Assembly (NCBI GenBank): GCA_949840915.1
Contig: CATKXY010000011.1
Coordinates: forward strand, 39,192-103,191
DNA: 64,000 nucleotides
Origin: an uncultured Lachnospiraceae bacterium
Lineage (GTDB): Bacteria > Bacillota > Clostridia > Lachnospirales > Lachnospiraceae
Direction: 5' to 3'
Made by a program: the position numbers and the translations under genes. Below the pieces are notes generated by a model. The model was not told the origin of the DNA. It was given only the letters and a program-made list of their open reading frames with translations, and did no database searches. Within the stretch, counting starts at the first letter, position 1. The number at the start of each line of letters is the position of its first letter. This document shows positions 51,415 to 61,678 of the stretch, one piece after another.

Positions 51415-51765
51415 TTATCCCCGCAGAATTTTATCCATCGGCTTTCCCTTTGCCAATTCATCGATCAGCTTATCCAGATACCGGATCTCCTGCATCAGGG
51501 GCTCGTCGATATTTTCTACCCGCACCCCGCAGACCACCCCTTTAATCTGTTTTCTGTCAGGATTCAATCCGGGCGCATTTCTGAAAAAATCCCCGTAAGT
51601 CTCCGGCTTATTCAGTGCATTTTCTATTTCCTCCGTACTGTAGCCGGTCAGCCAGCAAATAATCTCGTTTACTTCCTCACGGGTCCGCCCCTTCCTCTCC
51701 GCCTTGGCCGCCAGCAGTGGATATACCCGGGCAAAGCTCATGGCATATACTTTTTCGTAATCCAT
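51415..51765 (-). CDS. DUF2200 family protein
   Basis: [43 protein letters not shown]. Confidence 0.9.
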   Translation of the reverse strand: MDYEKVYAMSFARVYPLLAAKAERKGRTREEVNEIICWLTGYSTEEIENALNKPETYGDFFRNAPGLNPDRKQIKGVVCGVRVENIDEPLMQEIRYLDKLIDELAKGKPMDKILRG

Positions 51766-51784
51766 ATTCCTTCTCTCTCCTGCT

Positions 51785-52309
51785 TTATTCAGAGTCAAAC
51801 TCCTTTACATAGAATCGATTCATCGTGCTGTGAAGGACCGTCTCGGGTCTGCCGATCTGACGAAATCCTATTTTTTCATACATCTTAATTGCCGTTTCCA
51901 GATTCGTGTGCGTCTCCAGATACATTCTATGATAACCGGCTTTTCTGGCAAACTCCTCCGCAATCTGCATCAGGCATTTCCCGATTCCGATTCCTTTTGC
52001 CGCATCTGTCAGATAGATTTTCTGCAATTCCGCGCAATTGTCTAATCCGCCAAATTCCGCTACGCCCACGCCTCCAATCACCTGGCCGTCATCACTCACT
52101 GCAATAAAATATCCCCGTTTATCCGGCAATTCATGATAAAACTTGCTGAGATGGTCTATTTCCGGATCAAAATATACCGTCCCGGGAATATCCAAATGGA
52201 ATTTCTTTAGATTCGTCCTGATAATATCCGCAATCAAAGGATCGTCAGCCTCTGTAATCGGCCGTACATGATCGTTTTTCCACCGCTCATTCATTTTGCT
52301 TTTGTTCAT
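51785..52309 (-). CDS. GNAT acetyltransferase
   Basis: [33 protein letters not shown]. Confidence 0.9.
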   Translation of the reverse strand: MNKSKMNERWKNDHVRPITEADDPLIADIIRTNLKKFHLDIPGTVYFDPEIDHLSKFYHELPDKRGYFIAVSDDGQVIGGVGVAEFGGLDNCAELQKIYLTDAAKGIGIGKCLMQIAEEFARKAGYHRMYLETHTNLETAIKMYEKIGFRQIGRPETVLHSTMNRFYVKEFDSE

Positions 52310-52568
52310 TGTTTCTCTCCCGTTCAGTCCAGTAAACAAACTCTTCCCATGGCTCCGCAGAGTATCGGAACGATGGTGCTACCGTTCTATTATACCTTCA
52401 ATTCTTTTATCGCGCCACTCTGTTTTTTCTCAAGCATTCTGAAAAAAACCGCGGAATCGGTCCGACTTCAATATCCGCAAGCACCTATGATAATCTGCCC
52501 GGCTTCAGCTTCTTATAGACTTTTTACGTTCGGGCCGTTATACTTGAGAATAGCATAGAAAATAAATA

Positions 52569-53057
52569 ATGAAAGATGAGGATAATATGGCAACCCGTAC
52601 AAAGATTCGAATTTTAGATGATGCTGAACTCCGCCAGCTATTGGACATTGAATATGAAAAGTCTTCCCAAATAAAGCTGTGCAAATATGCTCTTAGTTTG
52701 GCAGAGCATATACTGACAACTATCGGTTATAGCGATACCGACAATCCAATTATTAAAACCGGGTTTGCCGTTAATGAAAGCTGGCAAAGAGGGAAGGCCC
52801 GCATGCACGATGTAAGACAGGCCGGATTTCAAATACATCAGTTAGCAAAAGAACAGCAAAATCCGATTACTCAAGCTGCATTGAGAGTGGTTGGACAAGC
52901 TGTGGCCACTGGCCATATGCGGGAACATGCAATGGTATCTTCAGACTATGCCGTCAAAGTAATAAATTTGCTGTTCCCTGATGATATAAATGCGGTCAGA
53001 CAAGAAAGATTGTGGCAAATAGATCATATGACAAGTATAAAAGATACAACTGTATAA
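52569..53057 (+). CDS. Helical protein resembling 'putative immunity protein' (Imm5-like)
   Basis: W..G......R..G...H..A and GQAVATGHM..HA motifs; AT-richer than the flanks. Confidence 0.6.
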   Translation: MKDEDNMATRTKIRILDDAELRQLLDIEYEKSSQIKLCKYALSLAEHILTTIGYSDTDNPIIKTGFAVNESWQRGKARMHDVRQAGFQIHQLAKEQQNPITQAALRVVGQAVATGHMREHAMVSSDYAVKVINLLFPDDINAVRQERLWQIDHMTSIKDTTV

Positions 53058-53089
53058 ACCAGAGCAATTTTTATGCAAAAACATTTGAG

Positions 53090-53320
53090 AAAAACTGCCG
53101 ACAATCGTGAGGACAGTGACGCCGCCGTTTTGTATCTGCCAGCTGCAGAGAAATATCACATCCGCAGCCATATTGCACAGAAAGATAAACATACAGTATG
53201 GGATGCAGAAGCGCCGTTTCTGTCCGGGCAGGAAACGGACGGCCTGCTCCAGATCACGATCGCAGGACAGCAGGATACAGATGGGCGTATTCAGGGATAA
53301 AATCGCAAAGCCTACCGGAT
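53090..53320 (-). pseudogene. Internal fragment of a membrane protein gene
   Basis: Reads GFAILSLNTPICILLSCDRDLEQAVRFLPGQKRRFCIPYCMFIFLCNMAADVIFLCSWQIQNGG, with no convincing start. Confidence 0.5.
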
Positions 53321-53370
53321 TACCCGCTCCCTTGCTATTTTTTTCTTTTTTCCCATATCTGTCGCTTCAT

Positions 53371-53499
53371 TCATCCTAACCACCCCTGATAAAATGCAGT
53401 TGCTCCCAAAATTGCACCTACCGCCATCGCTGCCAATGTTACAACAATAATTATGGGATGCTCTTTCATCAGTTTCCCTAACTCTTTTAAATCGTTCAA
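53371..53499 (-). CDS. Small membrane peptide, 42 aa (not in the ORF track)
   Basis: AAGGAGG RBS, TTG start, MNDLKELGKLMKEHPIIIVVTLAAMAVGAILGATAFYQGWLG. Confidence 0.65.
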   Translation of the reverse strand: MNDLKELGKLMKEHPIIIVVTLAAMAVGAILGATAFYQGWLG

Positions 53500-53553
53500 T
53501 TGAATCTCTCCTCCTTTATTCACAAACAGAAACTTCGCTAAGCGGCAATCATT

Positions 53554-53973
53554 TCATACTTTTACCCGCTTTATGTTGATTTCCCTTATCAGAAGTACGA
53601 TACCGTACAGACCTCCAATCAAAAAAATAATATCTTCAAATGCATCAAAAATAATGGATTTGATTCCAGTCAGTCCCCAAATAGTCAATAAATTTTCTGC
53701 TCCCGCAGGCTGCAAGGGTATGGCAGAAGGAGGGAACAGTCCACGTTAATCCCCATGCTTTTTGCAATTCCCAGTTTGTTTCCCACCGGAATATCCACTA
53801 CCGGGTTATTCGTGCAGAAGGGGAAGGACACTGTTCTGTCATAACGGGTCTTCGCCGCTGGCAAATGTCCGAAGATATATCTCTCTGTTCTTTTTGCGAA
53901 AAAAATCCGATACAAACGTCCTTATATAATCGGACATCTGTTTTTCGTCATCACAAATCGCAATATAAATCAA
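53554..53973 (-). pseudogene. Fused remnants of a LytTR-type response regulator, a GHKL kinase and a membrane protein
   Basis: MIYIAICDDEKQM...FASGED (stop at 53839), then TNNPVVDIPVGNKLGIAKSMGINVDC in another frame, then a hydrophobic C-terminal tail ending at 53554. Confidence 0.7.
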
Positions 53974-54137
53974 TGCGCCACCTCCTGTCAACATCAAGAC
54001 AATTTTTATTATAGCCTGTGCTAACTATCAAAACAATCTGATTGCTGTGGAATGCTTGTCTGCTGCCGTGAAATACATTGTTGCTTGCCGGCGTACCGGA
54101 CAGACAGGATCTGTTCCATACTAAACAATATTTGAAG

Positions 54138-56531
54138 TCAGTCTACTGCCTTGATTCTCTCCACAAGGGAAAGCTTTCCGGTATAACGGACGGCACAGAC
54201 CGAGAATACCGCCTGCACCAGAAGCAGCGCAGCCGCAAACAGCAATACCTGAAGTACCGGAAAATGATAGGTCACCTTCCCGAACATGCCGATCCGGTCA
54301 AAAATCCTGCACACAATCAGGCTGCACGCCGTTCCCAGCGTCAGGGTGGCAAGCAGTGTGATTCCCACATAGTATAAGCACTCAAAGGACAGCATCCGGG
54401 ACAGCTGCCGGCCGCTCATGCCAACGGACTCGAATACGCCAAATTCCTGCCGGCGGGTGAGAAGATTGGTGATCAGCGTGTTGGCAAGATTGATCAGGGC
54501 AAACACGAAGATAAAGACCAGTATGCTGTAGAGCCGGGTCAGTTCCCCCCGCATGCCGATTTCCAGCTCGGCTGCCAGATCATCCAGACCGGAAACTGCC
54601 ACCCGCTCATCGGACACGGCGCCAAATACCGCCCGCCGCAGCTGTTCACTGTCCTGCTTTGTGTGAAGATTCACACAGCCGGTAAAATCCGAGATTTCAG
54701 GATAGAGGACGGACAGTTCTTTCTCAGGCAAAATAAAGAAATGGGACGAGTTGCAGACAGGAATATCCTCGACGATCCCCATCACGGTATACGTTTTGCT
54801 CTGTCCATTGTAACAGGAAACCGTAACGGTATCCCCAACCTGATAGCCGGTCCTGTAAATTTCCTTCAGCGAGCTGCCTGACGGGCAGACGAGAATGCCG
54901 TTTCCATCCGCCAGCTGACGGTAATCCGCGCTTCCATCCAGAACCGCCTCGCCTGCATACATCTTAGCCATATTCTCCTCGGAAATTCCCCTGACGATGA
55001 ACGGTTCATGCTCACGGTTGCCCGGAATCGCACTGATGGCGGGGATTTCCACGCAGGTCATGCTGTAGGCCGTGACATGATCCACGTCCGCAATGGCGGC
55101 AAGCTCTTCCTTCAGGGCTTTCCCCAGGGGATTCTCTCTCTGCATCTCTACAAACTCCTGACCCGCATAATCCTCATATTGCAGCAGATACTGGCTCCTG
55201 TCTCCAAACCGGGACTGGGCCATCTCTTTGAGATCCACCGAATTTGCGTAGGCGGAAATACAAATCAGCAGAATTCCTGTCAGGCTCAAAGAAAGAACCG
55301 TTACAAACGCTTTTTTGCGGTTCCGTGAGAAATTCATCAGAGCCAAACGGGTCATGGTCAGACGGCGGTGCCGCTGTCCGGAAACACTGCGCCCCTGATA
55401 CCCGGAATAGGCGGTGATCCGGACGGCCTCAATAGCAGATACTTTTCCCACCATCGACAACGGTTTTTGGGTGGCAGCCAGAACCATTCCATAGGTCAGG
55501 AATAAAATGACTACCGCGGACCGGAGATTGTCACGCCAGGGCCAGTAACCGGGTACGGCGATCAGCGCAATCCCTGCGGCAAGAATCAGTCCAAGGGGAA
55601 CTGCCACGGCAGTCAGGAAACGCCTCTCCCGCTTCACCACCCGCTTTAACTGCACCGGCGTTGTTCCCAGCACCTTCAGGCGGCCGTACTCCCGCATTTT
55701 TCCCATCACGGAGATGTAGAAAATATTGTAGATTACGATTGCACAGATGACCGCAATCAAAATTGACAGCATATAAATCTCCATCCCGCTTCCCAGATAA
55801 AGATCCACCATTCCAAAATAGCTGGAACTGTAAAATGTCCGATCCGCCGGTATGTCCATTTCTGCGAAAAACCTTTCGATGTCTGTGCGAAGCTTGGCCG
55901 GCTCCATTATTTGACTTCCTGCAAAACGAAAGCGCAGCTCATAAGGAGCCGGATAGATGCCCGTATCTACTGCGGTTTCCGGTATCCATACCGTAAAAAT
56001 CCGACTGTTGTTCTCCGTTTCCAAAATACCTGTGACGGTATAAGGCTTTTCGCCGCTGCCAAGATCCAGAGTGAGCGTCTGACCCACTTCTTCCGGAAGA
56101 TTCAAATACTTGAAAAAAGCCTGTTCTACGCAGAGTTCATCCGACGCCTGGGGATAATTGCCATCAATCCTGCCATAGCCCATCAGATCAATCATCTCTG
56201 TGCTGACAAAGCTGACGTTCAAAACGCTGTCCCCATGACGGACAGTTCCTGCGTCTGCGGTATAACCCCATTTTTCAAACCGTCCTGTGTCCGTAAGCCG
56301 TGTCACCTCTTCGCGGGTCAGCCCGCCGCACCCGGCCTGAAACTGTCCCAGGATACCATCCAGAGTCTTCATCTGCTGTGCAGAGTAGATAAAGCAAAGG
56401 GTTCCCATGAGGCAGACGGCAAGAGCAATCGTAAGGATGACAAAAATGCTCCGGCGCCTGTCAGCTTTCATGCTCCGCTTTGCCAATTTCTTTTCCACCT
56501 CACCGGTGTCGTTTTCAAAAGGCCATGTCAT
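54138..56531 (-). CDS. FtsX/MacB-family ABC permease
   Basis: Two FtsX-like domains (REYGRLKVLG, RRQEFGVFESVGM). Confidence 0.92.
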   Translation of the reverse strand: MTWPFENDTGEVEKKLAKRSMKADRRRSIFVILTIALAVCLMGTLCFIYSAQQMKTLDGILGQFQAGCGGLTREEVTRLTDTGRFEKWGYTADAGTVRHGDSVLNVSFVSTEMIDLMGYGRIDGNYPQASDELCVEQAFFKYLNLPEEVGQTLTLDLGSGEKPYTVTGILETENNSRIFTVWIPETAVDTGIYPAPYELRFRFAGSQIMEPAKLRTDIERFFAEMDIPADRTFYSSSYFGMVDLYLGSGMEIYMLSILIAVICAIVIYNIFYISVMGKMREYGRLKVLGTTPVQLKRVVKRERRFLTAVAVPLGLILAAGIALIAVPGYWPWRDNLRSAVVILFLTYGMVLAATQKPLSMVGKVSAIEAVRITAYSGYQGRSVSGQRHRRLTMTRLALMNFSRNRKKAFVTVLSLSLTGILLICISAYANSVDLKEMAQSRFGDRSQYLLQYEDYAGQEFVEMQRENPLGKALKEELAAIADVDHVTAYSMTCVEIPAISAIPGNREHEPFIVRGISEENMAKMYAGEAVLDGSADYRQLADGNGILVCPSGSSLKEIYRTGYQVGDTVTVSCYNGQSKTYTVMGIVEDIPVCNSSHFFILPEKELSVLYPEISDFTGCVNLHTKQDSEQLRRAVFGAVSDERVAVSGLDDLAAELEIGMRGELTRLYSILVFIFVFALINLANTLITNLLTRRQEFGVFESVGMSGRQLSRMLSFECLYYVGITLLATLTLGTACSLIVCRIFDRIGMFGKVTYHFPVLQVLLFAAALLLVQAVFSVCAVRYTGKLSLVERIKAVD

Positions 56532-57235
56532 GATCTGCCACCTCCTGTTTCCCGTCCCGCGCCGGCGCCGTGCGCTGCAATCCTGCCGTCCTCAATCCGC
56601 ACAATGCGGTCGGCAAGCTGGGCAATCTCGTTGTTGTGGGTGATCATGACAATGGTCTGGTTAAACTCCGTACCGGTGCGCTTCAACAGCCCCAGTACAT
56701 CGGCGCTGGTCCTCGAGTCCAGGTTGCCGGTGGGCTCGTCAGCAAGGATGATAGCCGGTTTGGTGATCAGGGCACGGGCGATGGCGACGCGCTGCTGCTG
56801 CCCGCCGGAGAGGTTGTTCGGCATATTCTGCAGCTTATCCTCCAATGCCAGCATCTTCACAATCTCATCCATAAATTTCTCATCTGCCGTATCGCCGTCC
56901 AACTCCACGGGCAGGACGATATTTTCATAGACATTCAGGATCGGGACGAGGTTATAGTTCTGGAAGATAAAGCCGATGTTACGGCGGCGGAAGATGGTCA
57001 GCTCCTCATCGCTCTTTTTTGCCAGCTCATCCCCACGGACAATGACACTTCCGGAGGTGGGCGTATCCAGCCCGCCCATCATGTTGAGCAGGGTAGACTT
57101 GCCGCTGCCGGAGGTTCCCACCACCGCCACAAACTCCCCCTGTTCCACAGACAGGCTGACGCCATCCAATGCGCGGGTGATATTCGGCTCACTGCCATAA
57201 TACTTTTTCAGGTCGATCGTTTGCAATACATTCAT
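56528..57235 (-). CDS. ABC transporter ATPase (LolD/MacB type)
   Basis: GTSGSGKST, LSGGQQQRV, ADEPTGNLD. Confidence 0.95.
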   Translation of the reverse strand: MNVLQTIDLKKYYGSEPNITRALDGVSLSVEQGEFVAVVGTSGSGKSTLLNMMGGLDTPTSGSVIVRGDELAKKSDEELTIFRRRNIGFIFQNYNLVPILNVYENIVLPVELDGDTADEKFMDEIVKMLALEDKLQNMPNNLSGGQQQRVAIARALITKPAIILADEPTGNLDSRTSADVLGLLKRTGTEFNQTIVMITHNNEIAQLADRIVRIEDGRIAAHGAGAGRETGGGRS

Positions 57236-57278
57236 GCTCAAATGCTCCTTTTCTGTTGATAGGAACATTGTAAAATCC

Positions 57279-57326
57279 AAATGTCACTAAAATGTCCGGG
57301 CCGGTAAGAAATTTCACTAAAATATA
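57279..57326 (-). promoter_or_regulatory. Candidate OmpR-family direct-repeat binding sites upstream of the ABC operon
   Basis: AAATGTCACTAAAATGTC (11-bp period) and a second copy AAATTTCACTAAAATATA. Confidence 0.55.
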
Positions 57327-57383
57327 GGCGAAATGTTACAGGACTCGGACATTTCAAGAAATTTGCCGGGGCATTTCTTTTTC

Positions 57384-58418
57384 CTATGATCTGCAGAGAA
57401 GAAAAATAGAGAAAGTCGATCCCTTGCCTACTTCCGAAGTCACTTTCATATATCCGCCCTGCTTTGTCACGATTTCACGGGTCAGATAGAGGCCGATGCC
57501 TATTCCCTGCTCATTGTGTACCTCTTCCTCCCGGTAAAAGCGGCGGAAAACAGCGGCCTGGTTACTCTCCGGGATACCCTTTCCGGTATCGGACACATCC
57601 AGCTTGACATACATTTCCCATTGTTCCACCGAGACTCGGATTGCCCCTCCCGCCGGGGTGTACTTCACTGCGTTATCCAGCAGATTGAACAGGGCCTCCG
57701 CCGTCCATTTGCTGTCATGGGAAATGCGAAGGTCATCAGGGCAGTTCACCGTCACGGAAATGTTCTTTTTCTCCGCTGCATACACGATACTGCTGCAGGC
57801 CAGCGCCAGCGTATCGATCAGCGGGGCATCTTTCTTTTCCAGCCGAATTGCTCCGGTTTCCAGCCGGGAGGCTTTCACAAGAGTCTGAAAGAGAAATTCC
57901 AGCTTGTCCGTCTGGTTCCGAATACCCTGCAGGAACTCCCGCCGTTCTTCTTCAGTGACCGGCTTTGCCAGCAGCGTGTCCGTCACCATTTTCAGATTGC
58001 TTACCGGTGTTTTCACCTGATGGGAGACATCCGATACCAACATCTGCAGCTCCTGCCGTTCCTCATCCACCTTCCGGCGGTTCTCCTGCATGATACCGTA
58101 CAGGCGGGAGAGCCGGTAACTGATGCGGGCAAAGAGTGTTTCGCTGTCCGCAGCACGCTCAGGCTCTCCGCTTCCGCTTATCATCCGATCCATTGCCCGG
58201 CACAGCTCTTTGGTAAATACGGAAAGCCGCTTGCTGAAAAACAGCATCAGAAGAAACACCCAGATGAGGGCGCAGACCGTAAGCAGTATGCCAGCCATCA
58301 GCATCCGCAGTTCGCCTGTCAGGACAAAGAGAACTGCACAGATGGCCAGCATGGAGGCCGACATACCGGCGCAGATTAGCAGAAACACCCTTTTTACAGA
58401 AATCTGTCCCAGACTCAT
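57384..58418 (-). CDS. Intramembrane-sensing histidine kinase
   Basis: Two close TM helices, SHQVKTP, NLLDNAVKY, GIGIGL. Confidence 0.93.
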   Translation of the reverse strand: MSLGQISVKRVFLLICAGMSASMLAICAVLFVLTGELRMLMAGILLTVCALIWVFLLMLFFSKRLSVFTKELCRAMDRMISGSGEPERAADSETLFARISYRLSRLYGIMQENRRKVDEERQELQMLVSDVSHQVKTPVSNLKMVTDTLLAKPVTEEERREFLQGIRNQTDKLEFLFQTLVKASRLETGAIRLEKKDAPLIDTLALACSSIVYAAEKKNISVTVNCPDDLRISHDSKWTAEALFNLLDNAVKYTPAGGAIRVSVEQWEMYVKLDVSDTGKGIPESNQAAVFRRFYREEEVHNEQGIGIGLYLTREIVTKQGGYMKVTSEVGKGSTFSIFLLCRS

Positions 58419-59104
58419 TTTCTCTCGCCTCCCATCCATTGATATCCAATCCCGTAAATCGTCTTAATATAAGTGTCGCCGTCTGCCTCAATCTTTCCCC
58501 GGATCCGGCTGATAGAAGTCGTCAGGGTGTGTTCGTCCACATAATTTTCCTCCGCATCCCACAGCCTTTCCAAAAGCCGGCGCCTTGTAAGAACCTGTTT
58601 GGGATTTTTGCAGAACAGGTGCAGCATCTTAAATTCCATCGGGGAAAGGGTAAGAGACTTCCCGTTCAACGAGGCGGACTGCTCAGAGAAGTCCAGAAAC
58701 AGCCTGCCGTCATCATAAAAATCTTTTGCCAAGCCTCTGTGTTCCAGCATAGCGAACATTGCGCGTATTTTCCTCAGCAGTATCCCAACGGAAAAAGGCT
58801 TGGTGATATAATCTACCGCCCCGGCTTCATACCCCCGTATCTGGTCGCTCTCCTGGTCATTGGCTGTCAGGAAAACAACCAGTGTGTCAGAGTATTCCGG
58901 CTTTATGAGCCTGCACAGGTCATAACCGCTGCTATCCGGCAGGTTGATATCCAAAAGTACCAGGTCATATTCTGTACGAGCCAGTAACCCGGCAGCCGTA
59001 TCTGCATTCAGGGCTGATGTGGTATCGTAACCCTCGGAAATCAGGTTGTAGGTCATCGTTTTATTTAAAAGGACATCGTCCTCGACCAGCAAGATCTTTT
59101 TCAT
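58415..59104 (-). CDS. OmpR-family response regulator
   Basis: LVEDD, LDINLPD, KPF, wHTH IKTIYGIGY; start set at MKKILL. Confidence 0.93.
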   Translation of the reverse strand: MKKILLVEDDVLLNKTMTYNLISEGYDTTSALNADTAAGLLARTEYDLVLLDINLPDSSGYDLCRLIKPEYSDTLVVFLTANDQESDQIRGYEAGAVDYITKPFSVGILLRKIRAMFAMLEHRGLAKDFYDDGRLFLDFSEQSASLNGKSLTLSPMEFKMLHLFCKNPKQVLTRRRLLERLWDAEENYVDEHTLTTSISRIRGKIEADGDTYIKTIYGIGYQWMGGERK

Positions 59105-59355
59105 AGCCACCCTCCCCGTATTCATATAGTGAACGGAAGCTTCTTGTTGTGAAATGCTTTCTGACTGCTGCGAATATCTGTAGCAAGATAAGCAGCATTC
59201 TGACAATGATCCATCTGCCCGTGTGTGAGTACAATTAAGCTTACATGAAACTTCTTGCATCTTTCTAAAATCTCCTCACGATTCTTCTCCTACGCTCAGC
59301 AATCTCCGGTTCCCGTCCGTTTCCCCATATCTCCGGCAGGAAATTAATTTTCATT

Positions 59356-59796
59356 TTACATACCGATCCACTGAATAAACGCAGTCTTATCCGAACTGTT
59401 ATACCCTGCGTTTCGATAAAAGTTTAGTGTGCTTTCTTCCTTGGAACCTGTGAGCAGCATCATCTTATAGCAATGATTCTCTTCTGCAATCTGCTTTGCA
59501 AAATTTAAACAAGCAGTCGCGTAACCCTTCTTCCGATAATCTCCATGCGTCACCACATTCTCGACAAATGCATACGGACGGATATTTCTTGTAAGATTAG
59601 GAATGATCACACAAACGCAGGATGCCACAAGCTTATGATCCACTTCACAGACTATCAGATGATGATTTGCATCATTTATAATATTTTCCCATGTATTTCG
59701 TAAATGCTCTGTGTCTTCCGGAACGCTTTCCTCGTGAAGATACAGATATAACTGCAATACTTCGTCTAAATCTTTCTTATTTGCTTCTCTAACCAT
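59356..59796 (-). CDS. GNAT acetyltransferase
   Basis: ENVVTH..YRKKGYA, CYKMMLLTG, NFY...GY. Confidence 0.9.
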   Translation of the reverse strand: MVREANKKDLDEVLQLYLYLHEESVPEDTEHLRNTWENIINDANHHLIVCEVDHKLVASCVCVIIPNLTRNIRPYAFVENVVTHGDYRKKGYATACLNFAKQIAEENHCYKMMLLTGSKEESTLNFYRNAGYNSSDKTAFIQWIGM

Positions 59797-59799
59797 ACT

Positions 59800-60339
59800 C
59801 TATCCTTCCAAGTCAATAGTATCAATTTCTTCGACGGGAAAAGTTACTTTTACCAATCCGACAGAAATAAATTTTCCGCTCATTTTTTTAAACTCGTGCA
59901 AAATCAAATCACTTGCCTTGTAAAAAATATCTTCGTCATCTTCTTTGGTAAGGGCTAATGTACAATGGGGCACCCATCTGCCGGGACGATACCACTCCCA
60001 TCCCGTTGTATCAAAATCTTTTAAGCATTCATGCAATTCGCGCTGAAATTGGTACATACTATCATTCATCATCGGTGATGCAAAAATTGTTTTTGAATCG
60101 GTAAACATTCCAACAGAACCGATATATGCCGGCAATTTCTTATGAGTCTGCGCAAATTTCTTCAATTTTTCTATGCACTTTTCTTCGTCCACATCATTAA
60201 AACAAGCTAATGTGAGATGAGGCCTCGTCTTCCATTCCATGAACCTTGTACTCAACTTTTCGTCAGCCACTCTTTTTGCCAAATTGTAAAGTGCTTGTTC
60301 TGTTTCTTGGTCGTAATATAATTCTATTGCATACTGCAT
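59800..60339 (-). CDS. 2H phosphoesterase (2'-5' RNA ligase family)
   Basis: Two HxT motifs: PHLTL and PHCTL. Confidence 0.88.
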   Translation of the reverse strand: MQYAIELYYDQETEQALYNLAKRVADEKLSTRFMEWKTRPHLTLACFNDVDEEKCIEKLKKFAQTHKKLPAYIGSVGMFTDSKTIFASPMMNDSMYQFQRELHECLKDFDTTGWEWYRPGRWVPHCTLALTKEDDEDIFYKASDLILHEFKKMSGKFISVGLVKVTFPVEEIDTIDLEG

Positions 60340-60441
60340 AACATTCCTCCTAAAAATGATTGTAATGAACAAACTGGATTGCCTTGCTCTGTATTTTATC
60401 TTTGCTCCTATACAGTACCACATAACCGCTTATTTTTCCAT

Positions 60442-60482
60442 AAAAATGCGGCAATCCGCTTGATGCTGCGAACTGCCGCATT
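60442..60482 (-). terminator. Terminator-like hairpin
   Basis: AATGCGGCA...TGCCGCATT with a T-run on the minus strand. Confidence 0.5.
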
Positions 60483-60586
60483 ACTACCTTTTCCTTGTCT
60501 GCATTAACTGACATGGTGCCCACACTATGTTCAAATCATTGCTAAATAAGTTGTGGAAAACTATGTTTCCGCACAAATGTTACGGA

Positions 60587-60924
60587 TCATTCCAAATCCT
60601 CAATTCTACCCGCTTGAATCGATGCAATGTTTTTCTTAATCCTGTTTTCAGACCAGTTCCACCATTGAAGGTTCAATAATTCAGAAATTACATCGTCCGA
60701 AAACCGTTTTCGTATCAGTTTTGCAGGAACACCTCCAACAACCGTATATGGCGGTACATCTTTTATAACACATTATTCTTTTCAAATTCCCGTGGGTCAT
60801 GCACAAAATCATTATACATTGTATAATCACCAATTTTAATTCTGTCGTTGGTAATCACGCTTTTTAAATAAACTGTCTGGGTATCACCTGTCCGGGGATA
60901 TATCTTGTTCTCCGATATAGTCAT
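60587..60924 (-). pseudogene. Vat/CatB-family O-acetyltransferase with an internal deletion (not in the ORF track)
   Basis: GGAGG RBS, MTISENKIYPRTGDTQTVYLK...FEKNNVL* joined out of frame to KDVPPYTVVGGVPAKLIRKRF...LQWWNW; hexapeptide core absent. Confidence 0.85.
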
Positions 60925-61110
60925 TTTATAATCCTCCATGTTCTGATAGTTATTATGCGACTATACCGGTTACTACAATGCAGCGTTTCATTTAATATGC
61001 CTTTCTATATTTTTCTCCATGAATTTCTATTAGGTTGCTTTGTTAAAATCCTGATACTTTATAATACATTATGGCAGCTCATTAAATCCTCGAGACAAGT
61101 TGTCCTCTTT

Positions 61111-61671
61111 CTACTCTCCAATTATTTCCACACCATCCGGAAAATCCCGTATTACAAGCGCACATGTATTTGTAAGTTTTACATTATTTTTTAATGGATA
61201 TGTCAATTTGCCCCTTCCTTCCCCCATTATACAATGAACGTCTAATTTCGTATCGATCAAACCCAAATTATTATCCAGATTATTGGAAAAAATGAGACTT
61301 CCAGCACTTACCCCTATTACCAGGCCATTGTCATTGATATATTCCATCAAAGACTCATTAAACCCTGTAGCATTAATTCTTTCAAGCAAATAATGCGTAT
61401 TTCCGCCACACAAATATACCACATCATATTGTTGCAGCTTGTCAAACTCCATTCCGGCATGTAAATCGTATACGTCAATATTTTTATTCAAAATACCACA
61501 TTTTAACAGATCATTTATACATTTTGGTAAAACTTCTATTGCTCCTACATCTATTGCAGCTGTTGGGATAAATAACGCTTTTAATAAAGACATATCTTTA
61601 CCTGCCATATCCACAAAGCGCTCTTTCATTTCCTCAGTTTCTAAACCCGCTGATGTTAATAATACCCTCAT
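61111..61671 (-). CDS. Peptidase E/S51-like (class I glutamine amidotransferase fold)
   Basis: FIPTAA, GGNT, IGVSAGS, DVH. Confidence 0.85.
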   Translation of the reverse strand: MRVLLTSAGLETEEMKERFVDMAGKDMSLLKALFIPTAAIDVGAIEVLPKCINDLLKCGILNKNIDVYDLHAGMEFDKLQQYDVVYLCGGNTHYLLERINATGFNESLMEYINDNGLVIGVSAGSLIFSNNLDNNLGLIDTKLDVHCIMGEGRGKLTYPLKNNVKLTNTCALVIRDFPDGVEIIGE

Positions 61672-61678
61672 GCTCCCC

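Noticed and set aside
52336-52350. Fifth copy of the boundary motif (ATGGGAAGAGTTTGT)
   Set aside because: Only the 3' GTTTGT matches; too weak to count.
3202-58987. Many long plus-strand ORFs (e.g. 3202-4191, 6101-7087, 25713-26900, 31852-32901, 55911-56930)
   Set aside because: They are antisense shadows of well-supported minus-strand genes, with no motifs or RBS.
54138-59104. Two-component system plus FtsX-type ABC transporter as a novel system
   Set aside because: A common peptide-sensing/efflux module in gut Clostridia.
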